Below are positions 1-31,189 of a DNA stretch of 64,000 nucleotides, piece by piece (position 1 is the stretch's first letter; every line of letters begins with the position of its first letter). Origin of the DNA: Tubiluchus corallicola (Eukaryota > Animalia > Priapulida); assembly GCA_030141605.1 (NCBI GenBank), contig JAQGDQ010000552.1:1-64000 (forward strand), given 5' to 3'. Below the pieces are notes generated by a model that ran no database searches, was not told the origin of the DNA, and was given only the letters and a program-made list of their open reading frames with translations. Position numbers and translations under genes: made by a program.

Positions 1-2258
1 TCTGGACAGTAAATTAAAATGAAATTAAGTCTAAACAATCGTCCGGTTTTCCTTTAAGGTCAACTACTAATTAAATTAAGTAGGCGCCAAATCAAATAAA
101 TTAGCGGTTAGGGAAGGATTATCACCCAACTTCAATAACCACGCTTAAAGGTAAAATCACTAAAAATCGTTCAGTACCTTGCTGATAAAATCTTTATTTG
201 CCAAATAAAAGAAACTTATGAATACATAGTAAAAAAATACGCTGCCTATAAGAAATGTATGCCGGAGGCAGCACACCAGTCAATCATAGACAGCGTATGC
301 GAGTAAGTGAACATTGGCAATAACGTCATCTACAATTCAACTACAAATATTATAAAATTAGTAACTAATAAAACTTCGAAACACAAGTTCGGTTTTCTAG
401 CTTCGGATTTCACACTATTCCTAATTCACCGTCCCTACTTAAAATATTTAAAAAATAATAATAGTTATAGACATACTTAAATTAATTAAATAAGCTCTCA
501 AGTTTCAACAGGTTTTAGCATTCGAGCACGCGCTTTAAGCAGTGTGGCAAATCTTCTGTTACTTGTTTTGGTATGGCATGCTGCGTAACGATACCAGTGC
601 ATTTATCACGACTCAGATCTGTCAGCTGAGATGATAGAAAGATTGCCATTTTAAACAGTGGTCAGGACAGGTATTCCTTCTGGCTTCTACGTCAATAAGT
701 AAGTAAGTAAGTTTATTAGTTTGTCACCATTTATAGAAAAGCAAATTACGTAACGAAGTGATTTGAAAACCTGCACGACATACAATAACGTTACAAAGTG
801 CACAAGTAATTTTTACTGATTTGTTGTGAAAGGGCGGCTAAATAACTATGAGTTATCGTGGTCAGTTACTGTAGAATTATGCTTTAATTAAACTTTAGGT
901 TATGCACTAAATGATGTTTCATAATGCACTAAATAACTACAGTGTTAATCAAGATGGTGCTGATACATTTTGGCATAAAGTTTACTATTATTTTAGGACG
1001 TTGCTAGAATTTTTTATCGAGTACATTAGCTTATGCATTAGCTTACGTTGTAATAAAATTAATACAATTCGTATAAGTTATAATTAACGTATAATCGAGC
1101 TACATGTATTACATTTTAATACTACAATAAAACCTGATTAATTATTAAACTGTAATTATACGTTAAAATTTAAGAAAGATCATGCATTGCGCAAGCTTAG
1201 TAATTTAATTCAATTTCAGTTTTTTCAATTCGTTTTCAATTTATTTATCTCTTTATAGTGTTACAATAAAAAATTATTAATAAAAGAATCTCTAATATGT
1301 TTTGAAAAATCGTTAAAATGTATAGATAGATCTAGAACTAGAGAAAGGATAGCGAAATGGTGGACATTAATGTTATCAGTTTAATTTAGAAAACATTAGT
1401 AATTTTTAAAATTATGACATTTTGTATATAATCCAGAGAAAAGAATATACATGTAGTTTAATTAGCAGGCAACAAAATAAGGTCAATCTTGATTAAACTA
1501 AAAATTGCATTTAGATTTTATGTGAAATACAGGTCAAAATTGTTATGAAATGGTAAAAATACTTTGGGTTAATAATGCTATTAATCAACGACAGAAGTTA
1601 AATACATTTTGATTTGAGTTCAACTTCATTATTTCTAGGCTTATTGATTAAGAACAAATCTACTGACTTGGACAATAATACTAAATAATATAATTCTCAA
1701 TATACTGATAAGACAAACATTTAGCTATACAGGTTTTTTTTACTAATTTTATAAAGGAGCGGTAAGACTTGTTCAATCTTTGAACAACAAATAAATCTTT
1801 ACTCATAAAATAGTATTTAGTACGCTAGTTCTAGCAAAGTTTTAATTCTGTAACGTTTTCTGTATTTTCACTACTGACTGCGATTTTAACTTGATCATTC
1901 GTTTACAATAAATCAACGCTTCAATTAGAAATAAATCAGTGCTTCTTATACTGATATTACCAAGCAATATCGAACCAAACAGATTTAGCCAATGTTTAAA
2001 ATAGGTGGTATATACGGAAGAGTGCTATTAATAGTAAGATGTGGAGCTACTTAATAAGCAGCAGTCACAATTCACCTTGAGATATGTGAGAAATTGAGAC
2101 TGGAGATACTTTTTACTGCTGGTAGCATAAAAAGCCACATTATATTGACTCTTCTGTATAAACACTCTTCACTGAACTAAAGCACATTTAATTGCGTTTT
2201 CAGTTTTTAGTTTTCAATGGAACAAACTACGCGATGTTCTAGCAATAAGCGCAAAAAT
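1..2258. repeat. Left arm of a long inverted repeat (palindrome); it continues past the window start
   Basis: Reverse complement of 3960-6208: base 1 tctggacagtaaatt pairs with aatttactgtccaga ending at 6208, and the inner end agcgcaaaaa (about 2250-2257) pairs with tttttgcgct at 3961. Near-identical over most of its length. Confidence 0.95.
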
Positions 2259-2325
2259 TATTTTTTGAAATTCCGTTTAGAACTGCATGAAGCCGAGGTA
2301 CGGCAGCAAACCATTCCTTTCAAAT

Positions 2326-2680
2326 TATTACCCAGGCCAGTGTTAATCAACGCATGGGTGTGTAGGGCTTCCGCCCATCTATGTGCTCGTCTGTGCAATA
2401 AAATCAAAATTGATAAAGCTATAGTATTCTAATTACCAAACTTGGTCCAGAGCTAGGTCTGGACAAAACTTGAAAATCAATTAACTTTGTGTTCAAAAGG
2501 TCGAATTTTTTAATGGTCAAGGTCACAAAATAAAAAAAATGTCAGGTCATCAAACAGTTACTTGTGACTGGTCCAGCTTTGAACAAGCGCTGAAACTCAT
2601 TGATTTTGGGTTCGAAAGGTCAGAGATAAAGGTCACAAGGCCAAAAACTTGTCGGTGAGTGCCGCCGTTTTTGTTAGTTA
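2326..2680. mobile_element. Helitron/Helentron-like non-autonomous fragment
   Basis: Starts ttattacc, contains repeated ggtcaa/aaggtcac motifs and ends ...ttgttagtt, resembling invertebrate HINE/Helitron repeats. Family assignment is inferred. Confidence 0.4.
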
Positions 2681-3069
2681 GTACTTTTTTATTTCTACTT
2701 CACCCAAGATGAAGCAGAACAACTTCACTAGTAAGTTCCAGAATCACACACCATTTCTATTCTAACCTACTCTTACAGTTTACTTGGGTCGAGTGGTGTG
2801 TACTGTACGCTGAAAGTCCGGGAAGCCAAAAGTTACTGAGCTTCAAACAGGCATGTCACGTGTACCCCAGGAAATTAGGCGGCTGCTATATGCCGTCGTT
2901 GTAGTGCTGTTCATCAGATCGTGATTTCGAAAGATTTGCGTCTATAGAGCTGACGTGCCATGGCGCAGAATCAAAGACTTACTGAACAACTGAAAGAGGT
3001 AGATTTATACATTGAGTATTAATCAGATATTACGTAATCGAATTATATTGTGGAACTGAGCCATATGAG

Positions 3070-3219
3070 TAAGAGAAACGTGAGGCAGGAGAGAGGAAAG
3101 AGACAGCGAGAGAGGGGAGAGTGTGTGAGGGAGAGAGAGAGAGACAGAGAGAGAGGGGGGAGAGTGTGTGAGGGAGAGAGAGAGAGAGGGAGAGAGAGAG
3201 AGGGAGAGTGAGGAAGAGA

Positions 3220-3275
<56 letters not shown>

Positions 3276-3437
3276 GGGGAGAGAGAGAGTGGGAGGGGGG
3301 AGAGGGGGAGAGGGGGAGAGAGTGTGTGTGAGGGAGAGAGAGGGGGAGAGAGTGTGTGTGAGGGAGAGAGAGGGAAAGAGAGAGTGAGGAGGAGGAGGGA
3401 GGAAGAGAGGGAGAGAGAGAGAGAAAGAGAGAGAGAC
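3070..3437. repeat. (GA)n-rich compound microsatellite
   Basis: Directly visible; it explains the spurious SL- and ER-repeat ORFs. Confidence 0.95.
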
Positions 3438-3553
3438 AAAGGATGAATAAGAAAAAAGCACTAGAAGAAAGAGAAATGCTATATAGGTGGCTGATAATCT
3501 CTATACTGATATTAGGTTGATATGTCTAACACATTTTATTTTTACATCTGCAG

Positions 3554-3670
3554 GCTATTCGTCAAGAGCAAGCTCTTTCTGCTCAACTGTGCGCTCTGAG
3601 AGAATCCACAAAAATGAAGAGGGAAACCGCTGCCGAACACGCTAGGCAGGTGGAGAAGTTGAAGGCAGAG
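3554..3670 (+). CDS. Orphan internal coding exon (phase 0-0, 117 nt) encoding a coiled-coil-like peptide AIRQEQALSAQLCALRESTKMKRETAAEHARQVEKLKAE
   Basis: Acceptor ttttatttttacatctgcag and donor GAG|gtaggc; open frame, raised GC and helical E/K/R/A/Q composition. Host gene not identified. Confidence 0.65.
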
Positions 3671-3959
3671 GTAGGCAGTGTGTACTAACATTCACTCTCA
3701 CGGAAAGTTTCATCGGCTTCGTATTGACAGCTGTAACGAGTTACAAGAGGAACATCCTCACCGTACCGTTTATTTTCCATTACCGCATGTTTCCGCTGTA
3801 AAAAAATTCACATACAAGAGGCCCGCGGGAAAAAAAAGCTCTTGATTGACAGTGTGCAGTTGATTACCTAGATATATGTAAACGTATTTCTAGCTACAAA
3901 TGAATATTGTGTCCAGAATTTCAAAGATTTTCTTGTATTAATTTGTATTTCTAAAGGAA

Positions 3960-6208
3960 TTTTTTGCGCTTAGTGCTAGAACATCGTGTAGTTTGTTCCA
4001 TTGAAACTAAAAACTGAAAACGAAATTAAATGTGCTTTAGTTCAGTGAAGAGTGTTTATACAGAAGAGTCAATATAATGTGGCTTTTTATGCTACCAGCA
4101 GTAAAAAGTATCTCCAGTCTCAATTTCTCACATATCTCAAGGTGAATTGTGACTGCTGCTTATTAAGTAGCTCCACATCTTACTATTAATAGCACTCTTC
4201 CGTATATACCACCTATTTTAAACATTGGCTAAATCTGTTTGGTTCGATATTGCTTGGTAATATCAGTATAAGAAGCACTGATTTATTTCTAATTGAAGCG
4301 TTGATTTATTGTAAACGAATGATCAAGTTAAAATCGCAGTCAGTAGTGAAAATACAGAAAACGTTACAGAATTAAAACTTTGCTAGAACTAGCGTACTAA
4401 ATACTATTTTATGAGTAAAGATTTATTTGTTGTTCAAAGATTGAACAAGTCTTACCGCTCCTTTATAAAATTAGTAAAAAAAACCTGTATAGCTAAATGT
4501 TTGTCTTATCAGTATATTGAGAATTATATTATTTAGTATTATTGTCCAAGTCAGTAGATTTGTTCTTAATCAATAAGCCTAGAAATAATGAAGTTGAACT
4601 CAAATCAAAATGTATTTAACTTCTGTCGTTGATTAATAGCATTATTAACCCAAAGTATTTTTACCATTTCATAACAATTTTGACCTGTATTTCACATAAA
4701 ATCTAAATGCAATTTTTAGTTTAATCAAGATTGACCTTATTTTGTTGCCTGCTAATTAAACTACATGTATATTCTTTTCTCTGGATTATATACAAAATGT
4801 CATAATTTTAAAAATTACTAATGTTTTCTAAATTAAACTGATAACATTAATGTCCACCATTTCGCTATCCTTTCTCTAGTTCTAGATCTATCTATACATT
4901 TTAACGATTTTTCAAAACATATTAGAGATTCTTTTATTAATAATTTTTTATTGTAACACTATAAAGAGATAAATAAATTGAAAACGAATTGAAAAAACTG
5001 AAATTGAATTAAATTACTAAGCTTGCGCAATGCATGATCTTTCTTAAATTTTAACGTATAATTACAGTTTAATAATTAATCAGGTTTTATTGTAGTATTA
5101 AAATGTAATACATGTAGCTCGATTATACGTTAATTATAACTTATGCGAATTATAATAATTTTATTACAACGTAAGCTAATGCATAAGCTAATGTACTCGA
5201 TAAAAAATTCTAGCAACGTCCTAAAATAATAGTAAACTTTATGCCAAAATGTATCAGCACCATCTTGATTAACACTGTAGTTATTTAGTGCATTATGAAA
5301 CATCATTTAGTGCATAACCTAAAGTTTAATTAAAGCATAATTCTACAGTAACTGACCACGATAACTGATAGTTCTTTAGCCGCCCTTCCACAACAAATCA
5401 GTAATAATTACTTGTGCACTTTGTAACGTTATTGTATGTTGTACAGATTTATAAATCAGTTAGTTACGTATTTTGCTTTTTTATAAATGGTGATAAACTA
5501 ATAAACTTACTTATTGACGTAGAAGCCAGAAGGAATACCTGTCCTGACCACTGTTTAAAATGGCAATCTTTCTATCATCTCAGCTGACAGATCTGAGTCG
5601 TGATAAATGCACTGGTATCGTTACGCAGCATGCCATACCAAAACAAGTAACAGAAGATTTGCCACACTGCTTAAAGCGCGTGCTCGAATGCTAAAACCTG
5701 TTGAAACTTGAGAGCTTATTTAATTAATTTAAGTATGTCTATAACTATTATTATTTTTTAAATATTTTAAGTAGGGACGGTGAATTAGGAATAGTGTGAA
5801 ATCCGAAGCTAGAAAACCGAACTTGTGTTTCGAAGTTTTATTAGTTACTAATTTTATAATATTTGTAGTTGAATTGTAGATGACGTTATTGCCAATGTTC
5901 ACTTACTCGCATACGCTGTCTATGATTGACTGGTGTGCTGCCTCCGGCATACATTTCTTATAGGCAGCGTATTTTTTTACTATGTATTCATAAGTTTCTT
6001 TTATTTGGCAAATAAAGATTTTATCAGCAAGGTACTGAACGATTTTTAGTGATTTTACCTTTAAGCGTGGTTATTGAAGTTGGGTGATAATCCTTCCCTA
6101 ACCGCTAATTTATTTGATTTGGCGCCTACTTAATTTAATTAGTAGTTGACCTTAAAGGGAAACCGGACGATTGTTTAGACTTAATTTCATTTTAATTTAC
6201 TGTCCAGA
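3960..6208. repeat. Right arm of the long inverted repeat
   Basis: Reverse complement of 1-2258, with a divergent patch at about 5360-5515 and at the inner edge. Confidence 0.95.
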
Positions 6209-6684
6209 ATATACATTTTCTTCCCTATAAAGGTTAGCAATTGTTTCTTATATTGGAATAATTCGATTAGAAAGTTAATTAACGGCAACTGAATACAGCT
6301 ATTGCTTACGTCACACACTAACCACAATTTGTGCAATGGTAGGCATCTTCTCTTGCACGTCAAGCACATTTGCGTAAGCGTTACTACTTAAACGCGTGAT
6401 GTCACGAAATGGGCTCTACGCCTTATGATGTCAGAAACTAACGCTGCAGTTCATGATCATGGTACCGCCTTCTATTTGTCGGCCACGCGCACGTGACAAA
6501 AAGGCACCATTGCGGATCTTAGTAGATTCACTGAGCCGTAGCTTTGAAAGTTTAACGAAATTTGAGTATCCGAGGTAATTATTATTTAATCTAAACTTTT
6601 GATTTAAAAAAGCCATTGTAGTTTTCAATATTTTAGAGCATTCTTTATTCTGAACTCGTGTTTACGCAATCATCCGGTTTTCCT
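6156..6684. mobile_element. Kolobok-like MITE, family 1
   Basis: TTAA flanks, termini AGGGAAACCGGACGATTG...CAATCATCCGGTTTTCCT (RR..YY ends). Second full copy at 61234-61775, partial copy at about 14990-15170, mirrored end at 1-57. Confidence 0.75.
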
Positions 6685-7019
6685 TTAACTAACTCCCTAA
6701 AACATAGTTTTCTTCCATACTCCTTAAAGCTGTTTAATTTATTGGAATACCTTGGGAGTATTCAAAATTCATCATACACGAATTTGTTAATAAAGTATAT
6801 TTTTCGTAGACAAATTTAAAACTAAAACTAGTAAAGTTAAATTGTTAGGGAACTAAAAACTTTGTCTGCACCATTTTTGGTCTGATATTTGCAGTTGCCT
6901 GATTCTGCATGTTTGTACAACATGGGCAACCTTTTCATGTGGGTCAGGGTTGCATTATACAACTGTGGAGAAGACAAGACATGGTAAACAGTGTTTTGTT
7001 TGCTTCAGTTTTACCCCTT

Positions 7020-8252
7020 ATGATGTGCAGCAGCGAAGAGAGAATTTATCTTGATTATAACGCTACAACACCTGTACATGCAGAAGTTGCTCAGACCATC
7101 TCTCAGGCACTGATCTCTGATTGGGGTAATCCTAGTTCTGGACACGCAGCCGGCGTCAGAGCTGCCAAAACCATTGCGGAAGCTAGGCAACATGTTGCAA
7201 AACTCGTAGGCGCAACTTCAAAAGACATAATTTTTACTTCTGGCGGCACAGAAGCAAACAACATTGTGATTCATTCCGCAGTTCAACATTTCACAAAAAA
7301 TGACCATTTTTCTAAGGGTGATAAACCCCTCCCACATATTATTTCCTCTACCATTGAGCACGACTCGGTTAAATGTGTTCTAGAACATCTACAACAGCTC
7401 AAACTAATCGATGTGACCTTTGCTGGAATTTCAAGGTCAACAGGTCAGGTGTCAGTGGATAAGATTATATCATTTGTGCGACCGACTACGGTCCTCATCA
7501 CGGTGATGCTAGCTAACAACGAAACCGGCGTTATACAGCCTGTTTCGGAGATTGCGAATAAGATAGGCGTGTTAAATAAGCAAAGGCGAGAGTATTGCGT
7601 TTTACTCCACACCGATGCAGCGCAAGCGTTAGGGAAAATTCCAGTTGACGTGGAAGAATTAAACGTTGACTACTTAACCGTTGTGGGACACAAGTTTTAC
7701 GGACCCCGGATTGGCGCATTATACGTGCACGATCCGGGCATCGTCACTCCGATTTATCCGATGTTTTATGGTGGCGGACAAGAGAGGGGTTATCGACCCG
7801 GGACAGAAAATACGGCAATGATCGCAGGACTTGGAAAAGCTGCTGAACTAGTGTTGCTTAACTTAGAGCAGTATCGGACGCACATGCAGAATATTAAGCA
7901 CTATTTAGAAGAGAAATTGAACGAAGAGTTTTCACCAGAAAATCTTCATTTTAACAGCGACTTCGGACCTGTGGTGGAGGTTCTTCCAAACACTTGCAAT
8001 GTTTCTGTACTTCACGTGGGCATGTCTGGTAGCGAGATTTTGAAAAGATGCAGGGTCCTTCAGGCCAGCGTGGGTGCGGCATGTCACGAAGGTCGCGGGG
8101 CGTCGGCTGTTCTGCTGGCATGCGGAATTCCATATGATACGGCACTTAGTGCTTTGAGATTGTCTGTTGGTTTGATGACGACAAAAACTGATATTGACAA
8201 GATTGTAGCCGATATAAAACAAGCTGTAGAACTTTGCAAGAAATGTATTTAA
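7020..8252 (+). CDS. SCLY: Selenocysteine lyase (class-V PLP, NifS-like), single coding exon, about 410 aa
   Basis: IYLDYNATTP, FTSGGTEANN, EHDS (the Asp typical of SCLY versus EHxA/C in cysteine desulfurases), HTDAAQ, PLP lysine in VGHKFYGP, RPGTENT, catalytic Cys in SVGAACH. Start placed at ATG 7020 after the acceptor at 7008; the ORF is open from 6909. Confidence 0.9.
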   Translation: MMCSSEERIYLDYNATTPVHAEVAQTISQALISDWGNPSSGHAAGVRAAKTIAEARQHVAKLVGATSKDIIFTSGGTEANNIVIHSAVQHFTKNDHFSKGDKPLPHIISSTIEHDSVKCVLEHLQQLKLIDVTFAGISRSTGQVSVDKIISFVRPTTVLITVMLANNETGVIQPVSEIANKIGVLNKQRREYCVLLHTDAAQALGKIPVDVEELNVDYLTVVGHKFYGPRIGALYVHDPGIVTPIYPMFYGGGQERGYRPGTENTAMIAGLGKAAELVLLNLEQYRTHMQNIKHYLEEKLNEEFSPENLHFNSDFGPVVEVLPNTCNVSVLHVGMSGSEILKRCRVLQASVGAACHEGRGASAVLLACGIPYDTALSALRLSVGLMTTKTDIDKIVADIKQAVELCKKCI

Positions 8253-8878
8253 TTATTTTTAATCCCTGATATGTTTCATAAATGTTTTAACTTTCAAAGA
8301 CTAAAAAGTTGTTGATAAATGAAAATTAGCTTTTAGCAAAGTAAGAAAATTGTCGTTAAAATGAAACGTGCATCATTAAGTGAAACAAAAGTGTCAAATG
8401 TTCAACGTCATTAAAACGAAACGTCGCTAAACAGGGAGTCGTTCAGCGAGGACTTACAGTATTTGACCTTGCAGTAGCTAATCCTGCATCACCTCATGTT
8501 TAAAGAAAACATACACTAGTATTGTCGAGTTGTTTATTAGAAAATATCATGTGAAAATGTAGAGCAAGACGAATAACCATGTGGTCACGGTATGTGCTTG
8601 GCTACGAGAATATATGCATACTTACTTAATAGATAGGTAGTTCTGTTTATAATGTTTACAGATTTGATTTTAATTTTGGAAACTATAAAGTAGAATCTAT
8701 AGAATAGAAACAATTCAAAATGCAACAACAAATGCAACAATACGATAATAATAATGACTTCTGAAAAGTCGTTGTAAGGAGGAAAGAGGAGCTAGTCTTC
8801 CTCCTACAGTCTACCATAACTGACACTATTGTTTTCTAACTACATAAACTCAATTGAAGAACCTAAATGTGTACTTGC

Positions 8879-9590
8879 ATAGCAAAATCGTCCATAAGTC
8901 GACAATTAAACTTTTCTAGTTATGCGCATATGCCGAATCTCCATTTCATGAGGATCATTTTGATACCAAGTTCATCGCTCTATGTTGTTTCTAAGCTGAG
9001 ATAACCCACTGTGAAGTTGAGGTGCATGCTGCACACCGAAAATCATAACCTTCAGAAAATCACTGCTAAAGTCAGCCATTGTTTCTTGTCATACGTCTCC
9101 ATAAAACACTTAGCAACCTCGCAAATGTTGGTTGCTATGGGCTTTGCAAGAGAACATTGAAGTTATGTTTAAATCCAGTAGATGACTCTTTCTGACAAAG
9201 ATCTGCACTTGACAACAGAAAAAACCTGAAGGAAACTAACTGCTTCCATGAGCTATTTTCGAAGTTTGAAAATACAAGTTTTCCTAAATTGTAGTACTAG
9301 TTGCTAGACGGAAAGGTGAGTGAGGGGTTACAAAATTATGTTTTTGGTATTTTTAAAGATTTTCCGGACAATTTGGTGCTAAAAGTCCAACATATTTAGC
9401 ATGCGTTTTTATAAAAAAACGAGAAATTGACATTTGACCCCATTTTTGATGCATTGTTCTTTGAAGCATTATAACATACTTTTAACTATGTTGACTTATG
9501 GACGGTTTTGGTTTGCAAGCACACATATAATTATAAAAATAAAAAAACAGGTGAAAATTTTGGGTACAACTTCTATATTAGGTGCACCTT
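8879..9590 (+). mobile_element. Dispersed repeat family (unclassified non-autonomous element)
   Basis: Similar copies at about 13320-13870 (+), 24850-25400 (-) and 27040-27350 (+), sharing tagcaaaatcgtccataagtcgacaattaa and gaagttgaggtgcaggctgcacac. Confidence 0.7.
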
Positions 9591-10189
9591 ACCAACATGC
9601 TTAACAGCAGCTAAACAGTTGAACATTTTAACAGTTAAAAAACTCTCACAAAATTATGCTAGCTACAGAACCTTACCTAATTCATTTTTTCTTGTTCCCA
9701 AGCAAGATTCTACACAGACTAATGCTTGATTAAGTTATGGCCACGAGAACAACTGAAGTTACTCAAGTGGGGCTTTGCATTACCTACACAACAAAATTGT
9801 GAAAAGGCTTATTGGGTGTGAAAATTGCAGCTAATCTACCATCTATGGATACACATTCCTAAATCTGTTCAAAAAGCGAAACAAGCTTGATTCATATAGT
9901 TGCATTGGCATTGTAAGATGCTTGAAATGGTTGTATTGATTAAATAATTAAGATCATTTTGAATTGTGTTGGTAGTGTCACATGTACTGCGACATCTGGT
10001 CAAAAACGGGCTTCAAAAAAGTGAGTTGTTAAGGTGGGAGTACTGGGTGGCCGGAAAAAAACCGCAAGGTTGCTTACTCGAATGTTGAGCCTAAACTGAA
10101 TGACAGTTGTGTGAAGGTTTACGTCAAATTTGGGTTGATTTTACCTCTAGTAGATACTTCCCGATGCTTGCCTCGACAACTTCAATGCC

Positions 10190-28330
<18,141 letters not shown>

Positions 28331-28402
28331 TTCCGTGAAGCACACCGAAATTTCACCCTTTGAGAAAGCAACGTTTTAAATGAAAATCAGACCGAATCTT
28401 AA

Positions 28403-29116
28403 AGTGCAGCTCAAAACGGTCCACCCTATGAAATAATCAGAGGAAATGTACTATTTTTTCAAGAATAACTTATGTGAAAGTATTAATACTGCAGAAATGT
28501 AATATGCTAGTTTTTCATTGTTGCATGCATTTTGCCATTCGTTAGTAAGATGGACACTAGCATCTGCGTCTTGGAAATGCGTTGCACAAAAAACGGACGC
28601 TGTACCTCTTAGTTCAGAGGTGTTCAGTTGTGACATAGTACACACGTTCAAAAGCTCATGCACAAGTACATTGGTAAACTTGAAATGTGAATTTCATATT
28701 TAAGATTTGCTGACTTTTTGTATATCACACTGAATATTGTACAGGTGTTCAGTAGTGACATAGTACACATGTTCAAGAGTTCATGCACAAGTACATTGGT
28801 AAACTTGAAATGTGAATTTCATATTTAAGATTTGCTGAGTTTTTGTATATCACACTGAATATTGTACGGTAGCACTGTACTTCAATTTTTACCTTTGTAA
28901 AAACGTGTAACATGGATTGTTTGTAATCTTGAAAATCACGTTCATTTGTGATATCATCAATAGTTTGGCTCGTCCACTGTTAATTAAGTTTCTAGCCTCT
29001 TATTTAATTATCAAAAATGCTTTGGCAGTATTTTAATAATGCTAAAACGTATACATTTACTGGATGGGTTAGGATATTCTGAAAACGAAAATATTGAAAA
29101 ACCGTACTGTTTTCCT
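28403..29116. mobile_element. TTAA-flanked (Kolobok-like) element just downstream of POLK with an internal tandem duplication of about 127 bp
   Basis: TTAA at both ends and weak TIRs; about 28618-28743 is duplicated at about 28745-28870. Related sequence at about 56400-56900. Confidence 0.45.
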
Positions 29117-29301
29117 TTAAGCACCAGTGATACAGCCTAGCTTTTGTGTGTGCATTTACCTAATCTCTAGTGTTGGTTTATAAAATTTATGAACGCTGTC
29201 TTGAGACTTACCATTTCATAAAATTGATAAAATTTCTCTAAAGTCTCATAGTCTGTTTTCTGTTAGGAGCTTTCAGTCCCATGCTACACTAGTTTAACTT
29301 C

Positions 29302-29345
29302 GTTTAGCTGATGAAGGTCATGAGACCGAAAGCCTCGGCTTATTG
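29302..29345 (+). ncRNA. Minimal type-I hammerhead ribozyme-like motif (Penelope-like element associated)
   Basis: CTGATGA-A-GGTC(atga)GACC-GAAA-GCC(tc)GGC-TT: core and stems II and III intact, stem I poor. Confidence 0.55.
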
Positions 29346-29355
29346 TATTTACTAA

Positions 29356-30290
<935 letters not shown>

Positions 30291-30518
30291 CGATTTATAA
30301 AGTTATTTATCATGCTATAAATTATGCAGATATTAATAAATGAATCTTTTAAATCGATGTGCAAGATTAGCGCTTGTCCTTCATTTACGGGCAACAAAAT
30401 GGAGCAGGTCACAAAACAGCATTACCCAAGACAACCAAACATTTCCTTAAACATGGCGACTGTTGTTTACCGGACAACGAGAGTTTACGAAAACGCAACA
30501 ATAAATAATTTTTATTAA

Positions 30519-31189
30519 AGCACAAGAAAACCTTCCACTTACACAAAGCTTAAAAATCTGACTTGGAATTTTATACCACTTACATACTGCCCTTTTGCAC
30601 ACAGGACTCGTGTCGGCAGTAACGCTGTATAAAACAGGTATATTTAAACTCCCACGATGACCGTTAGACGCAGCCATTTTGACAATAAGTCATTTGAAAG
30701 AAATGCTGAGTAAAGTTTGAAAAAATTATCAGAGCATGCGTAACGCACACATTACTACCTAAGTAAAATTTAAAATTACTGTATCTTGTCAGATTAAAAA
30801 AACATTTTTGGTTAGTAACGGTGCACCCTGGAGGATAAGTCAGCAACATTTTACCAATTAGTTTTTTAAGCATTTTAAATAATTAATAATTTTCATTTCT
30901 AGTTACATAAGTCTTTCAAGTAAGCAAGCCAAATGCTAAGTAATGTGATTTTATATAGAAAGTTTTTTGGGACATAATTTAACATTTCCTTTTCTTCCCC
31001 TGATTTACATTTGCGTTAAGTGACGTCATGTAATGGCGCGGTCGGAACAGTATTGCGGGAAATTTAAAATGAAAACAAACAAAAATTGCTTTCAATGCGA
31101 GTAAGATATATGCATAAAATTGCTGTAAAGTAATATAATTTTTAAATCGATTTTCTGAAACCTACTTCAGGTGCCCCTTTTCCTGTCCT
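30519..31189 (-). mobile_element. Kolobok-like MITE, family 2
   Basis: TTAA flanks, ends AGCACAAGAAAA / TTTTCCTGTCCT; reverse-oriented relative of 58095-58757. Confidence 0.75.

Noticed and set aside
512-698. Exon-like segment (tttcaacag...gtaagt) in the palindrome arm
   Set aside because: Stops in all three frames; at best a non-coding exon, with no further support.
3023-3461. ORFs of SL or ER repeats
   Set aside because: Translations of a (GA)n microsatellite.
6909-7019. N-terminal 37-aa extension of SCLY
   Set aside because: No family similarity, and it spans a polypyrimidine acceptor; ATG 7020 is preferred.
8253-8800. SECIS element after SCLY
   Set aside because: The SCLY ORF has no in-frame TGA and no convincing ATGA/AA/GA hairpin was seen.
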